A DNA stretch of 64,000 nucleotides from a virus (IMGVR_UViG_3300020047_006434:1-64000); one strand, 5' to 3'; positions 24,308-35,491 are shown, counted from the stretch's first letter. The notes: generated by a model from the letters alone, not told the origin. A program made the numbers and translations.

Positions 24308-25127
24308 TTTTCAACTCCTCCACTTTTGCCTTTAGTTCCTCGATCTGCGCCTGTTGCGCTTGGATTGCTGCAATCAGGTGTCCGAATAGGTTACGCTCGT
24401 TCAGTGCCGGCGTTTGGTTGTCGGCGTCATTTTCACTGAACCATGCGCCCCGGTCCTCGTCAGTGATGACAATGCCGTGGTACTGCCGGCGGGTTTCGTC
24501 AGTCTTGAATCGATAGCTGAACAATCTGCACGCCAGCACAGCGTCTAGTGCCGCTCGATTATCGTCCCACGGCGCGATGTCCTCTTTGAGTTCCGCCCAA
24601 CTGGTTTGGGCTCCCACCACGGTCCCCGCCGTATCGTTGGCGGCGCTGGCCGGCGCTGCCGTGTGAATGCGTAGATTCGCACTGGCATCTACCCATAGGC
24701 TGTAAGGCGTCCCGCTCCGGTTGTATAGCTGCACGCTGCCAGCTGATGGAACAGTTGCATTGCTGTTTCGTCCAACGCTGACATACGGGCCGGCGATGGT
24801 GTTGCCTAGGTCGTCACTGAATAACTCCACAAGCGACAGCGCAGCGCGCGAATAGACACCGAAGCGATAGACGGCATTGTAATACGCCATGAAGGCATAC
24901 GCGGTGTTCGATGCCGGCATTGACGCCTTGACGGCGTTAATATTGGTTGCCGATGGCGCAAATGTTTGTTCAGCGGTAAAGCTCTGCGAATTTGCCAGAA
25001 CCGCAAACCTGCTGATATTAACTTTCCTATCCTTATCTGTGGCACCAGCACTATCATCGTAGATCCCCAGGTAATCACCGCTAGTCGGATTGGTACATTC
25101 ATTTAACTGCTCAACATATCTCGTCAT
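24297..25127 (-). CDS. tail fibre/spike protein with C-terminal intramolecular chaperone (S74-like)
   Basis: TSWAELKEDI...RLFSYRFK...LIAAIQAQQAQIEELK. Confidence 0.8.
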   Translation of the reverse strand: MTRYVEQLNECTNPTSGDYLGIYDDSAGATDKDRKVNISRFAVLANSQSFTAEQTFAPSATNINAVKASMPASNTAYAFMAYYNAVYRFGVYSRAALSLVELFSDDLGNTIAGPYVSVGRNSNATVPSAGSVQLYNRSGTPYSLWVDASANLRIHTAAPASAANDTAGTVVGAQTSWAELKEDIAPWDDNRAALDAVLACRLFSYRFKTDETRRQYHGIVITDEDRGAWFSENDADNQTPALNERNLFGHLIAAIQAQQAQIEELKAKVEELKNAN

Positions 25128-25136
25128 CTAAACTCC

Positions 25137-28100
25137 TTACGCCGCCTCGTACATGACGGTCATCTGAATAATACTATTGTTCGCAAAGTCGGCGTGCGTC
25201 AGTGCAGTATAGGAAGCGCTTGCCGCAGTGTGGCCGACCAGTGCAATGGTGGTGGCACTGGTATCCACCATGCCAGCCATGTAGACAAAGCTCGTTGTCA
25301 TCTGATACCAGACCACATTGGCGATGGAATTGATTGTCGCTGCATGTGTTGCCGGTAGCCCACTGATTTTTGCAGCACCGGTTGACGAACCCTTCGCTGA
25401 TAGGTAGATATACGCACTGGCAAACACCATTTTGCCAACCTTGATGTAGCGGCCGGAGCGGGCCGTGTAGGTTAGCCCTGTACTGCCACCGCCGAAAGTG
25501 ATGGCCGGCGTCCAGCTAGATACCGTGCCAATGGTGCCAATGTCGGTGATGTCGTTACCATTCATGTCCAGATCGCCGGTTAAACCGGCGATCCCCGTGC
25601 TGCCCGTAAACGTGATGCCGGATGTAACAGAACCACCACTGTAAGACGCTATAGATGCGGTCGTGCTGGTCAGCCCGATAGCGCCGCTAGTAGCGCCAGC
25701 GTTGGTGTAGCCTGTCAGCCCGATGGCGCTTGTGTTTCCGTATACTGATAAATTCGCCGTTACGTTACCATTGCTGTTGTATGCGGTAATGTCAGCCGTG
25801 CCAGCGGCGTTGGTAGAGTCGCCATCATTGGCTATGCTACGTCCCGCGGACATGTAGACCCGTGCTGGCGACAGGTCCGACAACGCCCACAATCGCCCCG
25901 ATTTGTTGCCGTCAGTAAAAGTGTTCGTGCGGTAAAATGTGATACCGGCTGCGCTACCGTTGGCAACCTTTAGCCCAGCGCTGTCAATGACAATAGTTCC
26001 GGCGCCCGCCTTTAATTTGCCGTCGGTAGCGTCTGCATACCATTGCTCAGTGCCACCACCAACACCCTGAAGCTTATTCGATGCCGCTGCCCATTGTAGA
26101 TAGTTGTTACTGGCATTGCCTAATAGCTTCATGTTGCCGCTGCTGTCAATGTACGTTTTCCAGTCCGTGCCGTTGTGATAGCCCATATAGTTGCTACCCA
26201 GAAACAGGCCAGCGCCCCCAGGTGTGACAGCCGTTGCGGGAATCACCGACGTTACCAGATTGTTGCTACCATTAATAGCCGTGTAGGCCCTGCTGGCCCC
26301 GGTCACTTGGTTGGCAGTTGTCTTGAAATACGTTGACCCATCCGGTACGGCGTCAATGGTGGCGGTGATGTTACTAAAATCGGTTTTCGCAGCGTTGCCA
26401 CCGGTGACCGTGATTGACCCGTAGACCGTCACAGTGCCAGGATACGCCGCCGATCCGATAGTCATAGCGCCGGTGGTTGGGTTGAATAGTAACCCCGTCG
26501 TGCTGTCAGCATCCACGTCAGTGCCCAGTCGAAATTCACCACCACTGGTAATGCGCGCCGTCGGATTGCCGTTGTTCCACTCGCTGTCAACGTTGTAGCT
26601 GAACATTTGCAGGTTGCTATTGACGATGTACGGCGCCGATGCGTCCGACAGGTCGGTGCTGGTGACCATGCCATACTGCTCGATACCAGACACCCCAGGC
26701 AGCCCCACGCCGTCGAGTCTCCCCAGACGTGTGTGCGGCGTGATGTCGCCATTCCACGGCTCTAGCCCGCTGGTAAAAATATCAATATAGGGTGCATAAT
26801 TCTGATCAGCCGTCAACAGGATGCGCCCGTCGCCTTGAGTGCCGTAACTGATGACGGCTGCACCAGCAGGAAGAATAATGCCGTCACTCCCGCCGCTCTG
26901 CCGGGTGTAGTAATAGCGGTAATAGTCGGTCATGTCCTCAATACGGGTGACGGTTGCCCACACATCATAGAGGTCAATGCCTGGCGATGTGTTACCCAGA
27001 GACTTGCACCGCAGCGTGTCACCCACGCCGAAAATGGTAGCGTGCCCAGACGCAGGGTCAGTAATCTCAAAATAGTTTTCAATCCAGCGCCGCGTAATCT
27101 GTGTGCCGCTGCCCGTGCCGCTGGTTGTACGAATGTCTATCTGTGTGCCGCTGCCCGTGCCGGATGTCGTGCGAATATCGAAAACGCTTTCGACGCCAGT
27201 GGTCACATTGACCGTGGCGTCATTCTCAAGCTTACCAGCCGGTGCCACCACCAATGTTCCGCCGCTGGCGTGAAATTCGTCCATTACGAAAATAGACGCG
27301 TGCAATTCGCCGCGAATCCAGGCGTTATTGAATTCGGCATTGCCGGCTGGTGTTACTTGCCACCCCGTCAACCCTGACACGAAGCCAGGGTTGCCGCTCT
27401 GCAAATTGCCGACGGAATCCAGCACAATCAATTCTTGCCCCGCGCTGTCCTCTGCGCGCAACATGCGCCCAGTTTGCGAAGCCTTTTGTTTGAGGAACAA
27501 TGTAATGTCATCGGTGGCACTGGCCAATACCTTGAGCGCAGACGTGCTGTCGAATGCAGTGTTGACGCCAGCCCCTGTTGCGCCAACGTTGATGATACCG
27601 GTGCCGTTTGCTACTAGGCTAAAGGCGTCCGTGCCGCTGCGATAGATGCCGGTATTGGTGTCGCTCAGAAACGAAAAAGCCGGAGTGCCAACGGCGCCAT
27701 CACTTGCCTGGATTTCGCCAGTGTTGGTAAAACGTACTTTTCGCCCAGCGGTGAATGTGGCGTGATCCATTGTTCGGCTACTGGCGCCGCTTGATGCGTG
27801 AAAAATCAGGTCAATGGAGCTTGACGGATTGGGTACGAACAGCCCGGCCGCGTCATTGGCGCCTATGTTGTCAATGCACCATAGGTTGCCCGATGCGTCC
27901 CATTTTGCGTTATGCCCTAACCAGATACGGCTATAACTATTGTCGGCGTCCAATAGCCCCTGAACTACAGCGCCGCCACTATCGGTAGCATTGTAGGTCG
28001 AACGTAACGCGCCCACCGTCTGCACGGTGGTTCCGGCCGGCTGCAACGACAATGTGCCGCTGGCCGTGTCGATCAATGGCGTGCGGACCTTTGTGGTTGC

Positions 28101-28520
28101 CGTAAACTGTGGCAAAGTCAGCAGCCCCGCGGTGGCTTTTAGTATCGATTCAGTGGTGCCAGGCGCAGCCGATGGCGTGAGTAAGCCTAGCGTATCGGTA
28201 GCTGTTGCACCAACAACCGACAACGCAGCGCCGGTAATGGTATGATCGGACGATGACACAACGTCATGCTGGCGGGCATGATGAGCGTCCGGGTTGGCGG
28301 TGTGGCTGTTAAATGTCGTCGTAGTCACAGCCCACGGCGCCTGGCTCGTTGATAATGTGCCGGTATGGTAAGCGCCGTCGATGGCGTGTGCCGTTAATCC
28401 GGCCGCCGCCTGTGTACCCGTGTTGATACGTGCCAGTCGCTGCACCAGATATGGTTCTAATTCGCTGGCCAGTACTGCCAGGTGTTTGCTTCTCTCCGCC
28501 TTACGTGCTAAATCTGCCAT
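25137..28520 (-). CDS. tail fibre / receptor-binding protein
   Basis: 1127 aa, G/T/S-rich beta repeats, GNAEFNNAWIRG motif, C-terminal WTPAITF..Y.KVGKMVF domain, 14-aa tandem duplication DIRTTSGTGSGTQI. Confidence 0.8.
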   Translation of the reverse strand: MADLARKAERSKHLAVLASELEPYLVQRLARINTGTQAAAGLTAHAIDGAYHTGTLSTSQAPWAVTTTTFNSHTANPDAHHARQHDVVSSSDHTITGAALSVVGATATDTLGLLTPSAAPGTTESILKATAGLLTLPQFTATTKVRTPLIDTASGTLSLQPAGTTVQTVGALRSTYNATDSGGAVVQGLLDADNSYSRIWLGHNAKWDASGNLWCIDNIGANDAAGLFVPNPSSSIDLIFHASSGASSRTMDHATFTAGRKVRFTNTGEIQASDGAVGTPAFSFLSDTNTGIYRSGTDAFSLVANGTGIINVGATGAGVNTAFDSTSALKVLASATDDITLFLKQKASQTGRMLRAEDSAGQELIVLDSVGNLQSGNPGFVSGLTGWQVTPAGNAEFNNAWIRGELHASIFVMDEFHASGGTLVVAPAGKLENDATVNVTTGVESVFDIRTTSGTGSGTQIDIRTTSGTGSGTQITRRWIENYFEITDPASGHATIFGVGDTLRCKSLGNTSPGIDLYDVWATVTRIEDMTDYYRYYYTRQSGGSDGIILPAGAAVISYGTQGDGRILLTADQNYAPYIDIFTSGLEPWNGDITPHTRLGRLDGVGLPGVSGIEQYGMVTSTDLSDASAPYIVNSNLQMFSYNVDSEWNNGNPTARITSGGEFRLGTDVDADSTTGLLFNPTTGAMTIGSAAYPGTVTVYGSITVTGGNAAKTDFSNITATIDAVPDGSTYFKTTANQVTGASRAYTAINGSNNLVTSVIPATAVTPGGAGLFLGSNYMGYHNGTDWKTYIDSSGNMKLLGNASNNYLQWAAASNKLQGVGGGTEQWYADATDGKLKAGAGTIVIDSAGLKVANGSAAGITFYRTNTFTDGNKSGRLWALSDLSPARVYMSAGRSIANDGDSTNAAGTADITAYNSNGNVTANLSVYGNTSAIGLTGYTNAGATSGAIGLTSTTASIASYSGGSVTSGITFTGSTGIAGLTGDLDMNGNDITDIGTIGTVSSWTPAITFGGGSTGLTYTARSGRYIKVGKMVFASAYIYLSAKGSSTGAAKISGLPATHAATINSIANVVWYQMTTSFVYMAGMVDTSATTIALVGHTAASASYTALTHADFANNSIIQMTVMYEAA

Positions 28521-30475
28521 TAAAGTTTACCCACATCCCAAGGTGATGGCATACCAGCTGGTTCAATCTGAAGGTTGCCGTCTCGGTAGTCAGCGCGTTC
28601 AATAAAAATATTGGCAAGGCCGGCCAGCGCGTCAACTGACCGTGGTATGTCGGCCAACTGTATCCACCGCGCCACCGGCAGCCAGCCATCAGTGATAAGC
28701 CCGCCCGCTGGCCAACCAACCTGCCCAGTCGAGCGCAGCACAATGTCACCCTCGCCCGCCGTCGGTTGCGCGTAAATCTTCAGCGCCCCGTCTGGTGTGA
28801 CCGTGGCCAGCATCCGATTAGCGGTACTCGTGCCGCTGGCTAGTAGATCATCAATCTCTGCCTTGGCGGTTTTGTCACCTTCGCGATACTGATTGCTGTA
28901 TACGCCGCTTGAATCAACCACATCAATGGTGCTAAAAAACTGGCCAACACCGTCGTAAATACTATCGACCTGCGTGGTGGTGAGTTCGGCACCAAGAATG
29001 CGAAACGCCAGATCTGCGTCGTTGTAGCGCGTTGTCCATGCGCTACCGGTGTAGAGTTTCAGTGACCCGCGACTATAGCCTAAATCCTCATCCACATCGA
29101 CTGCGTAATAGTTGGCGATTTCATTGCTGCTTGTGCGGCTAATGACAATCCAGTAGGTTGTGCCGTAGGCAATGGCCTGCGTGTTGCCGAGATCAAACAC
29201 AATCCAGTCGCTATCTGTACCGATGTCGGCGGACGCAACGGTGGCATAGACCAACACGCTACCGGGTGATCCTGACGAATCGCTGCACAGTTCGACCTTG
29301 GCTGAATCGGCCGGCGCCCCGACCTTTTTCATGTTGATCTCAATTTTGTCTACCGTCCAGGTATTGTCAGCCGCGAGGCTGAACGACTGTGCGACTTTTT
29401 GACCATGCACCACAAAGGTGACTGATGCGCTTGGTAGTTCGTTTGTGAATGTTGTTTCGGTTGTCACGCTGCCAAACTGTGCAATGGTGACTGATGCGCC
29501 AGCACTCGCCGTACTGATGGACTGCGTGACGGTAATGTGGTCAGCCGCTGCCGATTTGACGCGCATCGTGCCATTGTTGGATGCGCTGCCGCTAATGGTG
29601 ATGATGTCATCCTGCGACAAAAACCCCATGCCCGATGCGCTGTCGAGCACATCGTCAGTCGTGTCAAACGAGATAGTGGTAGCGGTATAGCTCTCGCCAT
29701 CGTTCCCCCGTCCGGTGATGAGGTGAGCGCCATTATTTGACGCGCTGCCGGTCACCTGCACACGGTGATCTGACAGGAGTTCATCAAGCCGGTTGCCGCT
29801 GTCATGGATGCGCCCGTCACTGGTAAAGGCGATGGTGGAGGCGGTGAATCCCTGCCCTAGCGCCTGCTGCTGGCCGCCGGTACTGTGCTCCTCCTTGCCG
29901 GCGCTGTTGCTGTAATAGCGCCAGTCTAGTGTGTCGTACAGCCCGATACAGCGCAACGTAGCCATTGGTGTGCCACCGGGCGTGATGCGCAGTACCGGCT
30001 GCGGCTGGCCGAACGCGGCCAACAACGTGTCGCGCTGCGCCTCGGCTTGCGTCAGGTTGGTGTCGCTCATGCTGTACATGAGTTCCTTGTAACCATAGCG
30101 CAGGATGCTCTCGCTGTTCTCTGACCAGTCTGTCGTGGCCCGCTCGACAGCACCGCCTGGTGGCTCGTAGGTATAGGCGACCGCAACACGGTTGTACATG
30201 TTGGCCAGTGATAGCCCCACCTCAATGCTGCCGGTTGCAATCACAACCTCATGCAGCATTCCGTACCAGACCCGCTGCCCGTTGTCGGCAAGGATCGTCA
30301 CCCGATGACCAAGCCAGCGTGTTGCCTGCCACAATGCCGACAATGGGCCAACCAGCGTCATTTCGGCAGACTTCGGGCCGCCAACTGCTTCGGCGTCGTA
30401 GCCTGTGACCGTCATGGTGGCATTAGCCGGTATCGACACCGTGTTGTTACCACTCGTGCGAATCTCAACAATCAT
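28520..30475 (-). CDS. minor tail / baseplate hub protein
   Basis: Position after the Dit-like gene; 651 aa. Confidence 0.7.
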   Translation of the reverse strand: MIVEIRTSGNNTVSIPANATMTVTGYDAEAVGGPKSAEMTLVGPLSALWQATRWLGHRVTILADNGQRVWYGMLHEVVIATGSIEVGLSLANMYNRVAVAYTYEPPGGAVERATTDWSENSESILRYGYKELMYSMSDTNLTQAEAQRDTLLAAFGQPQPVLRITPGGTPMATLRCIGLYDTLDWRYYSNSAGKEEHSTGGQQQALGQGFTASTIAFTSDGRIHDSGNRLDELLSDHRVQVTGSASNNGAHLITGRGNDGESYTATTISFDTTDDVLDSASGMGFLSQDDIITISGSASNNGTMRVKSAAADHITVTQSISTASAGASVTIAQFGSVTTETTFTNELPSASVTFVVHGQKVAQSFSLAADNTWTVDKIEINMKKVGAPADSAKVELCSDSSGSPGSVLVYATVASADIGTDSDWIVFDLGNTQAIAYGTTYWIVISRTSSNEIANYYAVDVDEDLGYSRGSLKLYTGSAWTTRYNDADLAFRILGAELTTTQVDSIYDGVGQFFSTIDVVDSSGVYSNQYREGDKTAKAEIDDLLASGTSTANRMLATVTPDGALKIYAQPTAGEGDIVLRSTGQVGWPAGGLITDGWLPVARWIQLADIPRSVDALAGLANIFIERADYRDGNLQIEPAGMPSPWDVGKL

Positions 30476-31848
30476 ATGGTGAGCCTCCGCGGCCGGTAGT
30501 AGGCGCGAATCGAAAAGGTGTTCGTGATGACCGACGACGACCCTTCATCGTGCAGGATGATGATCTTCTGGACACGGTTCGGGAATACCGTCAGCGGTGA
30601 ATCGTAGACGGTATAGATAGGGTAATCGACACCGCTTTCTTGCAACACTGTGTAACCTTCTGTACCATCGTCAATGATGTAACTATTGTTGCCGGCACTG
30701 TAGCCAAGTTGATACAACCTGCGAAACGAATCAGTCGGTGTAAGTTGAAAATAGTCAATGCTTACTGACGGTGTTCCCGTCGTGCGCAATTTAAGCACCA
30801 GGCGAGCGGCGCCGAAGTTCGTGGCGTATCCACCAGGCGGGATAGCCAACACACCAAGATCAACAATAGCGTTTGCGCTTGCGGTAATCTTTACCTCGTC
30901 GCCGGTGGCTAACGGAATCAACCCGTCTTTGTCGTAGATGCAAGGGGTAACATAGACGGTAGACGCTGGTGCAGTCACCAGCCGCATAAGGATGCGAAAA
31001 TCACGCCCCATCGTGTCCTGTAACTGTGTCGATGAAATATTCCAGTGCATTTCATTTGTGCCAACTGACAGCGTTCTGGCCACATATGACCCACCGCTAC
31101 ATGTTGACAGACTTGTCGAGGTACCGTAACCGCTGACCACCGATTCGCCTTCGATGATGTGTGTGAAATTCGCCGGATCACTGTACGCATTGACCGCCAT
31201 GTAAATATTGCGATAGTCCTGCGCACTGCCGGTGGTATTCTGTAGCGTGAGTTTTAGCGGTGCCGGAATTGCGCCGCCCACTTGCGCCGCTGCAATCTGC
31301 ACCCAGTTGTCATTGCCGGCGTCACTATCATCGTGATTGTAGATAGTCTTACCACCAGTGGCCGCACTTGAGTTTGACGTGGACAACTGCAACTCGGTCA
31401 GCGCACCTTCCCAAAAATAGCGCCGAGTGACAGATAGCCGTGCCGGGAATTGATAGTTACCCCAAATTGACAGCGCATCCTCACCCGGCTCAAAACGCCC
31501 GTACAGGATCTCGCTGCGATAGGTATTTGATTCGCCGTCAACCTGCAACTGGAGGTAAACCCGTGGCCCCGTGCGGTATTTCTGCCGTTGCTTGGCATAG
31601 TCAATAAGGCGCTCGATACCGTTGACGACCGCCTGTAATGCCGACGTGTTGGCGGCGTAGGGCAGCAACTCTATAGTCTCGGTAACGTTCTCGTAAATGG
31701 GATCGGTCACATCATCGCCATCGAAGCCACGCGCTGAACCCGTCCGCACTGATGGCGGTTGCGGACTGTACTGCGTCAGGAAGACGCCACTGCCACTCGA
31801 TAAACTCACGGTTGTTGTGCCGTCGGTGATTGAAAGACTATGAGCCAC
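30472..31848 (-). CDS. distal tail (Dit-like) protein
   Basis: Immediately after the tape measure gene; ends YYRPRRL. Confidence 0.7.
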   Translation of the reverse strand: MAHSLSITDGTTTVSLSSGSGVFLTQYSPQPPSVRTGSARGFDGDDVTDPIYENVTETIELLPYAANTSALQAVVNGIERLIDYAKQRQKYRTGPRVYLQLQVDGESNTYRSEILYGRFEPGEDALSIWGNYQFPARLSVTRRYFWEGALTELQLSTSNSSAATGGKTIYNHDDSDAGNDNWVQIAAAQVGGAIPAPLKLTLQNTTGSAQDYRNIYMAVNAYSDPANFTHIIEGESVVSGYGTSTSLSTCSGGSYVARTLSVGTNEMHWNISSTQLQDTMGRDFRILMRLVTAPASTVYVTPCIYDKDGLIPLATGDEVKITASANAIVDLGVLAIPPGGYATNFGAARLVLKLRTTGTPSVSIDYFQLTPTDSFRRLYQLGYSAGNNSYIIDDGTEGYTVLQESGVDYPIYTVYDSPLTVFPNRVQKIIILHDEGSSSVITNTFSIRAYYRPRRLTI

Positions 31849-31950
31849 TAGCCACCATCCGAATCATTACAAATTGTAACCACCAACCCAAGGTGGCAAT
31901 CGTCGCACCTGATACCAGCCCGATAACGAGTGCCCATCGTTCACGATCTG

Positions 31951-34935
31951 TCATCTTCGCCGCCTAATCACATCAGCAACCCGATACGCCATTGTTTCAA
32001 CGTCGATCTGATTGTCTACAGTAGCGTAAACATTCACGTTGAAAGTGTTGCCACCAGCGCCCGCCATCGCCATGCTTTCAGCGTTGGAATAGATGCGGCT
32101 GCGTGCCGGCAGGCTGACCAGTTCCGGGCCTGTCTCACCTACCCAGGTTATACCACCACGCCAATTAGAGTCGCCAATAGCGCGATGCGTCCAGGAGAAC
32201 GGGTTATACCATGCGCTGTCGCTTTGTGCTGGCGGCGCTGTTTGTGTCGGTGGCGCTGTTTGTGCGGCCCCACCACCCGATCCAAAGAGACCTTGGGCCA
32301 GTGCGGCCCAGCCAGGGAAAGACGGCAACGATGGCCAGTCGAATCGTGGAATAAACGCCGACCAGCTAAACGACGGGATCAACGCCGACCAGTTGATCAT
32401 ACTGATGAACGACGGCCAATTGACGTTGGCAATGAACGAATTCCAGGTTACAGCGGCGATGAACTGCCCCCAGTCGCCTAGGGCGTCAATGTAATCACTC
32501 CAGGGTAGGGTGATTACATAGGTTGACCAGTCGCCCAGTGCCGTAACAAATGACTCCCATGTAAGCGTGGTTGCTACGGTTGACCAGTCCAATTGGCTGA
32601 TGTAACTTGTCCAGGCAAAATAACTAATAAACGCAGTCCAGTCAAGCGCCAAAACAAACGCATTCCAGGGTAGCGCTATAATCCATGTGGCCCAATCAAT
32701 CGATGTTGTGATGATTGCCTTCCAGTCAAGCGCCTTGATATAAGCGCCCCAGTCGATTGCGGCGCCCATGACGCTATCCCATGACAAGGTTGGAATGTAG
32801 CTCGCCCAGTTGTCAAGCTTGGCAATAACGCCGGTCCACTCCAGCTTGGTAATGAAGCTGCCCCAGGCAAACGATGCGATATAATCGGCCCATGTAATCG
32901 CCTTGACAACATTATCCCAGGTAAGCGCATTGACGAACGCTGACCAGTCAATGCCCTCGCCGGCCACAGTTGCCCAGTCCAGAACGCTAACGAACGCCGA
33001 CCATGCAAAAGCGGTCACATAGACCGACCATTCTAGCGACGTGATAAGCGCCGTCCAGCTAAGCGCCGGGATCCATGTGGCCCAGTCGATTGCCGTAGTG
33101 ATGATGCTTGTCCAGTCAAGCCCCTTGATGTAGACGCCCCAATCTACCATTTTGGCTACAACCATATCCCAGGCAAGTGGCGAAATGTACGCCGCCCAAC
33201 TAAAGCCCTTGACATAGGCGCCCCAGTCAACCAAATGCGCCACAACCGTATCCCAAGCTAATGGAGCGATATAGGCTGCCCAGTCAATAGCGGTATTGAC
33301 GTAGGCTGCCCAGTCCAGGGACGTAACATAGGTGCCCCAGTCGCCTAACGTAGTGACAATGGCATCCCATGCCAACGGCGCAACGTAGGCGGCCCACTCA
33401 AGCGCCGGAATGATAGCGTTATCCCATGCAAGTTGTCCGATATAGGCGGCCCAGTCAACCACAGTTACGACAGCATCCCATGCCAGTGGAGCGATGTAGG
33501 TTGCCCAATCGATTGTGGTGTTGACAATGTTTTCCCAGGTCAGCGAGTCGATAAAGTCCGACCATGAAAAGTTAGCAACGGCAACAGATACCGAATCCTT
33601 GATGGCCAGCCAGCCGTCAAAGACTTTTGTCTGGATCTGGTCAATAGCCACACCAGCACCAAAAAGATTCTCCGCGATGGCATCGCCGGTTTCCTGGCTA
33701 ACAATGCCCAGGCTCACCAGCCCATCGGTGATGTCCCACCACCAATCAATGTTGTCGCCCTTGCCCTGCCACAACCAGCGCAGCGCAGCAAAGGTGTCGC
33801 TCGCCATCGTCTGTATCGTTGGCATGGCGGACATTACGCCACTGGCCAGATCCATGATGGCGGTACGAACGCCGCCAACGTCATAGTAAAGCGCAGCAGC
33901 AGCCCCGGCCGCAATTGCGAACGGAACCGCAAGCCCAGCCAGCGCAGCGCCAACGGTGGCAATAACCGGCATGGCGGCGCCGATGGCTACAGCAGCCATG
34001 CCTAGCCCTGTTACAATAGGACCAATGGCAGCGGCTACAGTGGCAAGAATTACACCCATCTTGAATAACTGCGGGTTGGTTTCTGCAAATGCCGTAATCT
34101 GCAAACGTAACTGCTCCAGGTATGAGATCCCACCACCAAGCAGTGCTTTCAGGTTGAATGTTTCAATAATCTGATTGCCGATGACGGTCAGCGTTTGACC
34201 AATATTATCCTTGACTGTGCTGAATAGACCCTGCACACTCTGCGACTGGGCAGCCATCAGCCCCGTAAATTTGCCGCCCTCGCTGGTCATGACGGCGAAA
34301 GCCTTTTTCATCTCCTCGGCGCCGATCTTGCCCTCGGCTGCCAGGTCGCGCACCTCTGAAGCGGATACGCCCATGACCTTGCCCAGCGCTTCAATGATCG
34401 GGATACCGCGCCCCGCAAACTGGTTAATGTCAACCGTCATCAGGCGCCCCGATGCACTCGCCGTGCCAAACAGATAGGCCAGATCCCCGATGGGCGCCCC
34501 AACGCCGGCCGCAACGTCGCCTAGTTGTTTCAGCGTTGGCTCAATATCTTTCGCCTCGATACCAAACGCCAACAATTGCCGGCCGGCCGCCACAACCTCC
34601 GGCAATTCAAACGGCGTTGCGGCGCTAAACTTTGCCAAATCAGCCAACAACGCCTTTGCAGCGTCGGCGCTGCCCAGCATGGTGGTGAATGCAATGTCTA
34701 ACTGTTCCATGTCACCGGCGCTTTTAATGGCTGACATAGCCAGCCCAGCAATAGGCGCCGTTACCCCAGCCGTCAAGCCGGCGCCTACAAATGTCATGGT
34801 TTTCCCCATGCTCTGCATTCCGGCGCTGACAGACTGTGCTTGCTTGCCCAAGCTCGCAATGTCGCCGCCGATGCCCTTTAGCACGGCGCTTGCTTGGTTC
34901 TGCGCAACGACAACTAATTCTACTTTTCCCGCCAT
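31951..34935 (-). CDS. tape measure protein
   Basis: TMP motif (FTTMLGS...TPFELPEV), Trp repeats, C-terminal VGETGPELV. Confidence 0.93.
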   Translation of the reverse strand: MAGKVELVVVAQNQASAVLKGIGGDIASLGKQAQSVSAGMQSMGKTMTFVGAGLTAGVTAPIAGLAMSAIKSAGDMEQLDIAFTTMLGSADAAKALLADLAKFSAATPFELPEVVAAGRQLLAFGIEAKDIEPTLKQLGDVAAGVGAPIGDLAYLFGTASASGRLMTVDINQFAGRGIPIIEALGKVMGVSASEVRDLAAEGKIGAEEMKKAFAVMTSEGGKFTGLMAAQSQSVQGLFSTVKDNIGQTLTVIGNQIIETFNLKALLGGGISYLEQLRLQITAFAETNPQLFKMGVILATVAAAIGPIVTGLGMAAVAIGAAMPVIATVGAALAGLAVPFAIAAGAAAALYYDVGGVRTAIMDLASGVMSAMPTIQTMASDTFAALRWLWQGKGDNIDWWWDITDGLVSLGIVSQETGDAIAENLFGAGVAIDQIQTKVFDGWLAIKDSVSVAVANFSWSDFIDSLTWENIVNTTIDWATYIAPLAWDAVVTVVDWAAYIGQLAWDNAIIPALEWAAYVAPLAWDAIVTTLGDWGTYVTSLDWAAYVNTAIDWAAYIAPLAWDTVVAHLVDWGAYVKGFSWAAYISPLAWDMVVAKMVDWGVYIKGLDWTSIITTAIDWATWIPALSWTALITSLEWSVYVTAFAWSAFVSVLDWATVAGEGIDWSAFVNALTWDNVVKAITWADYIASFAWGSFITKLEWTGVIAKLDNWASYIPTLSWDSVMGAAIDWGAYIKALDWKAIITTSIDWATWIIALPWNAFVLALDWTAFISYFAWTSYISQLDWSTVATTLTWESFVTALGDWSTYVITLPWSDYIDALGDWGQFIAAVTWNSFIANVNWPSFISMINWSALIPSFSWSAFIPRFDWPSLPSFPGWAALAQGLFGSGGGAAQTAPPTQTAPPAQSDSAWYNPFSWTHRAIGDSNWRGGITWVGETGPELVSLPARSRIYSNAESMAMAGAGGNTFNVNVYATVDNQIDVETMAYRVADVIRRRR

Positions 34936-35153
34936 TACTTTTTGCCTTTGCTCTGACGTTGCGCCTGCATCTTCATGCGCTTGGATTCCGCTTTGTTTTG
35001 CGCATTCATCCGCACAATAATCTCATCAACCATGTCAGCCGGTGTGTCGAGAAGCGCCGCATAGGTCCAGCCCATTTCCTGACACACGCTGATCTCGATT
35101 GCATACCGACCGCCAATCGGGGATGGAACGCCATCGACTATCGTGCGCTCCAT
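34935..35153 (-). CDS. tail assembly chaperone, frameshifted (GT) extension
   Basis: In the -1 frame relative to 35162-35488. Confidence 0.75.
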   Translation of the reverse strand: MERTIVDGVPSPIGGRYAIEISVCQEMGWTYAALLDTPADMVDEIIVRMNAQNKAESKRMKMQAQRQSKGKK

Positions 35154-35161
35154 GCCCCGCT

Positions 35162-35488
35162 CTATGCTTTTTTTTCGTCATCACTCAGCGTGTTGAACTC
35201 GTCAATCGCGGTCAACAGTTGGTCGGCAATCTCCACGGGCAGGCGCTCGATGTTCTCGTCAGTCACGCCGAACCCGTCGAAGTCCGGGCCGGCCCATGAC
35301 ACGATGTTCAGCCGCAGTTGGTCGAACCGCATCATGGCGTGGTCGATGGACATCTCTTGCGTCCGGGCGTCAAGCTTCGTGTGCTTGGCAAGAATCTTCT
35401 GCCGTGTGCCGAACGTGACCTTGCGCACGGTGACCACATTACCTGCGCCCACATCCACAGCCTTGGTTTGCTCAGTAAGAAAACTCAT
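35162..35488 (-). CDS. tail assembly chaperone (G)
   Basis: Between the major tail and TMP genes; ends GAA-AAA-AAA-GCA-TAG. Confidence 0.85.
   Translation of the reverse strand: MSFLTEQTKAVDVGAGNVVTVRKVTFGTRQKILAKHTKLDARTQEMSIDHAMMRFDQLRLNIVSWAGPDFDGFGVTDENIERLPVEIADQLLTAIDEFNTLSDDEKKA
35168..35175 (-). promoter_or_regulatory. -1 programmed frameshift slippery site
   Basis: A8 run (A-AAA-AAA); a -1 shift reads SIERG-MERTIV in frame with the next ORF. Confidence 0.8.
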
Positions 35489-35491
35489 AGA

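Noticed and set aside
27096-27180. 42-nt tandem duplication in the tail fibre as a diversity-generating element
   Set aside because: It is an ordinary in-frame duplication; no reverse transcriptase or TR/VR pair is in the window.
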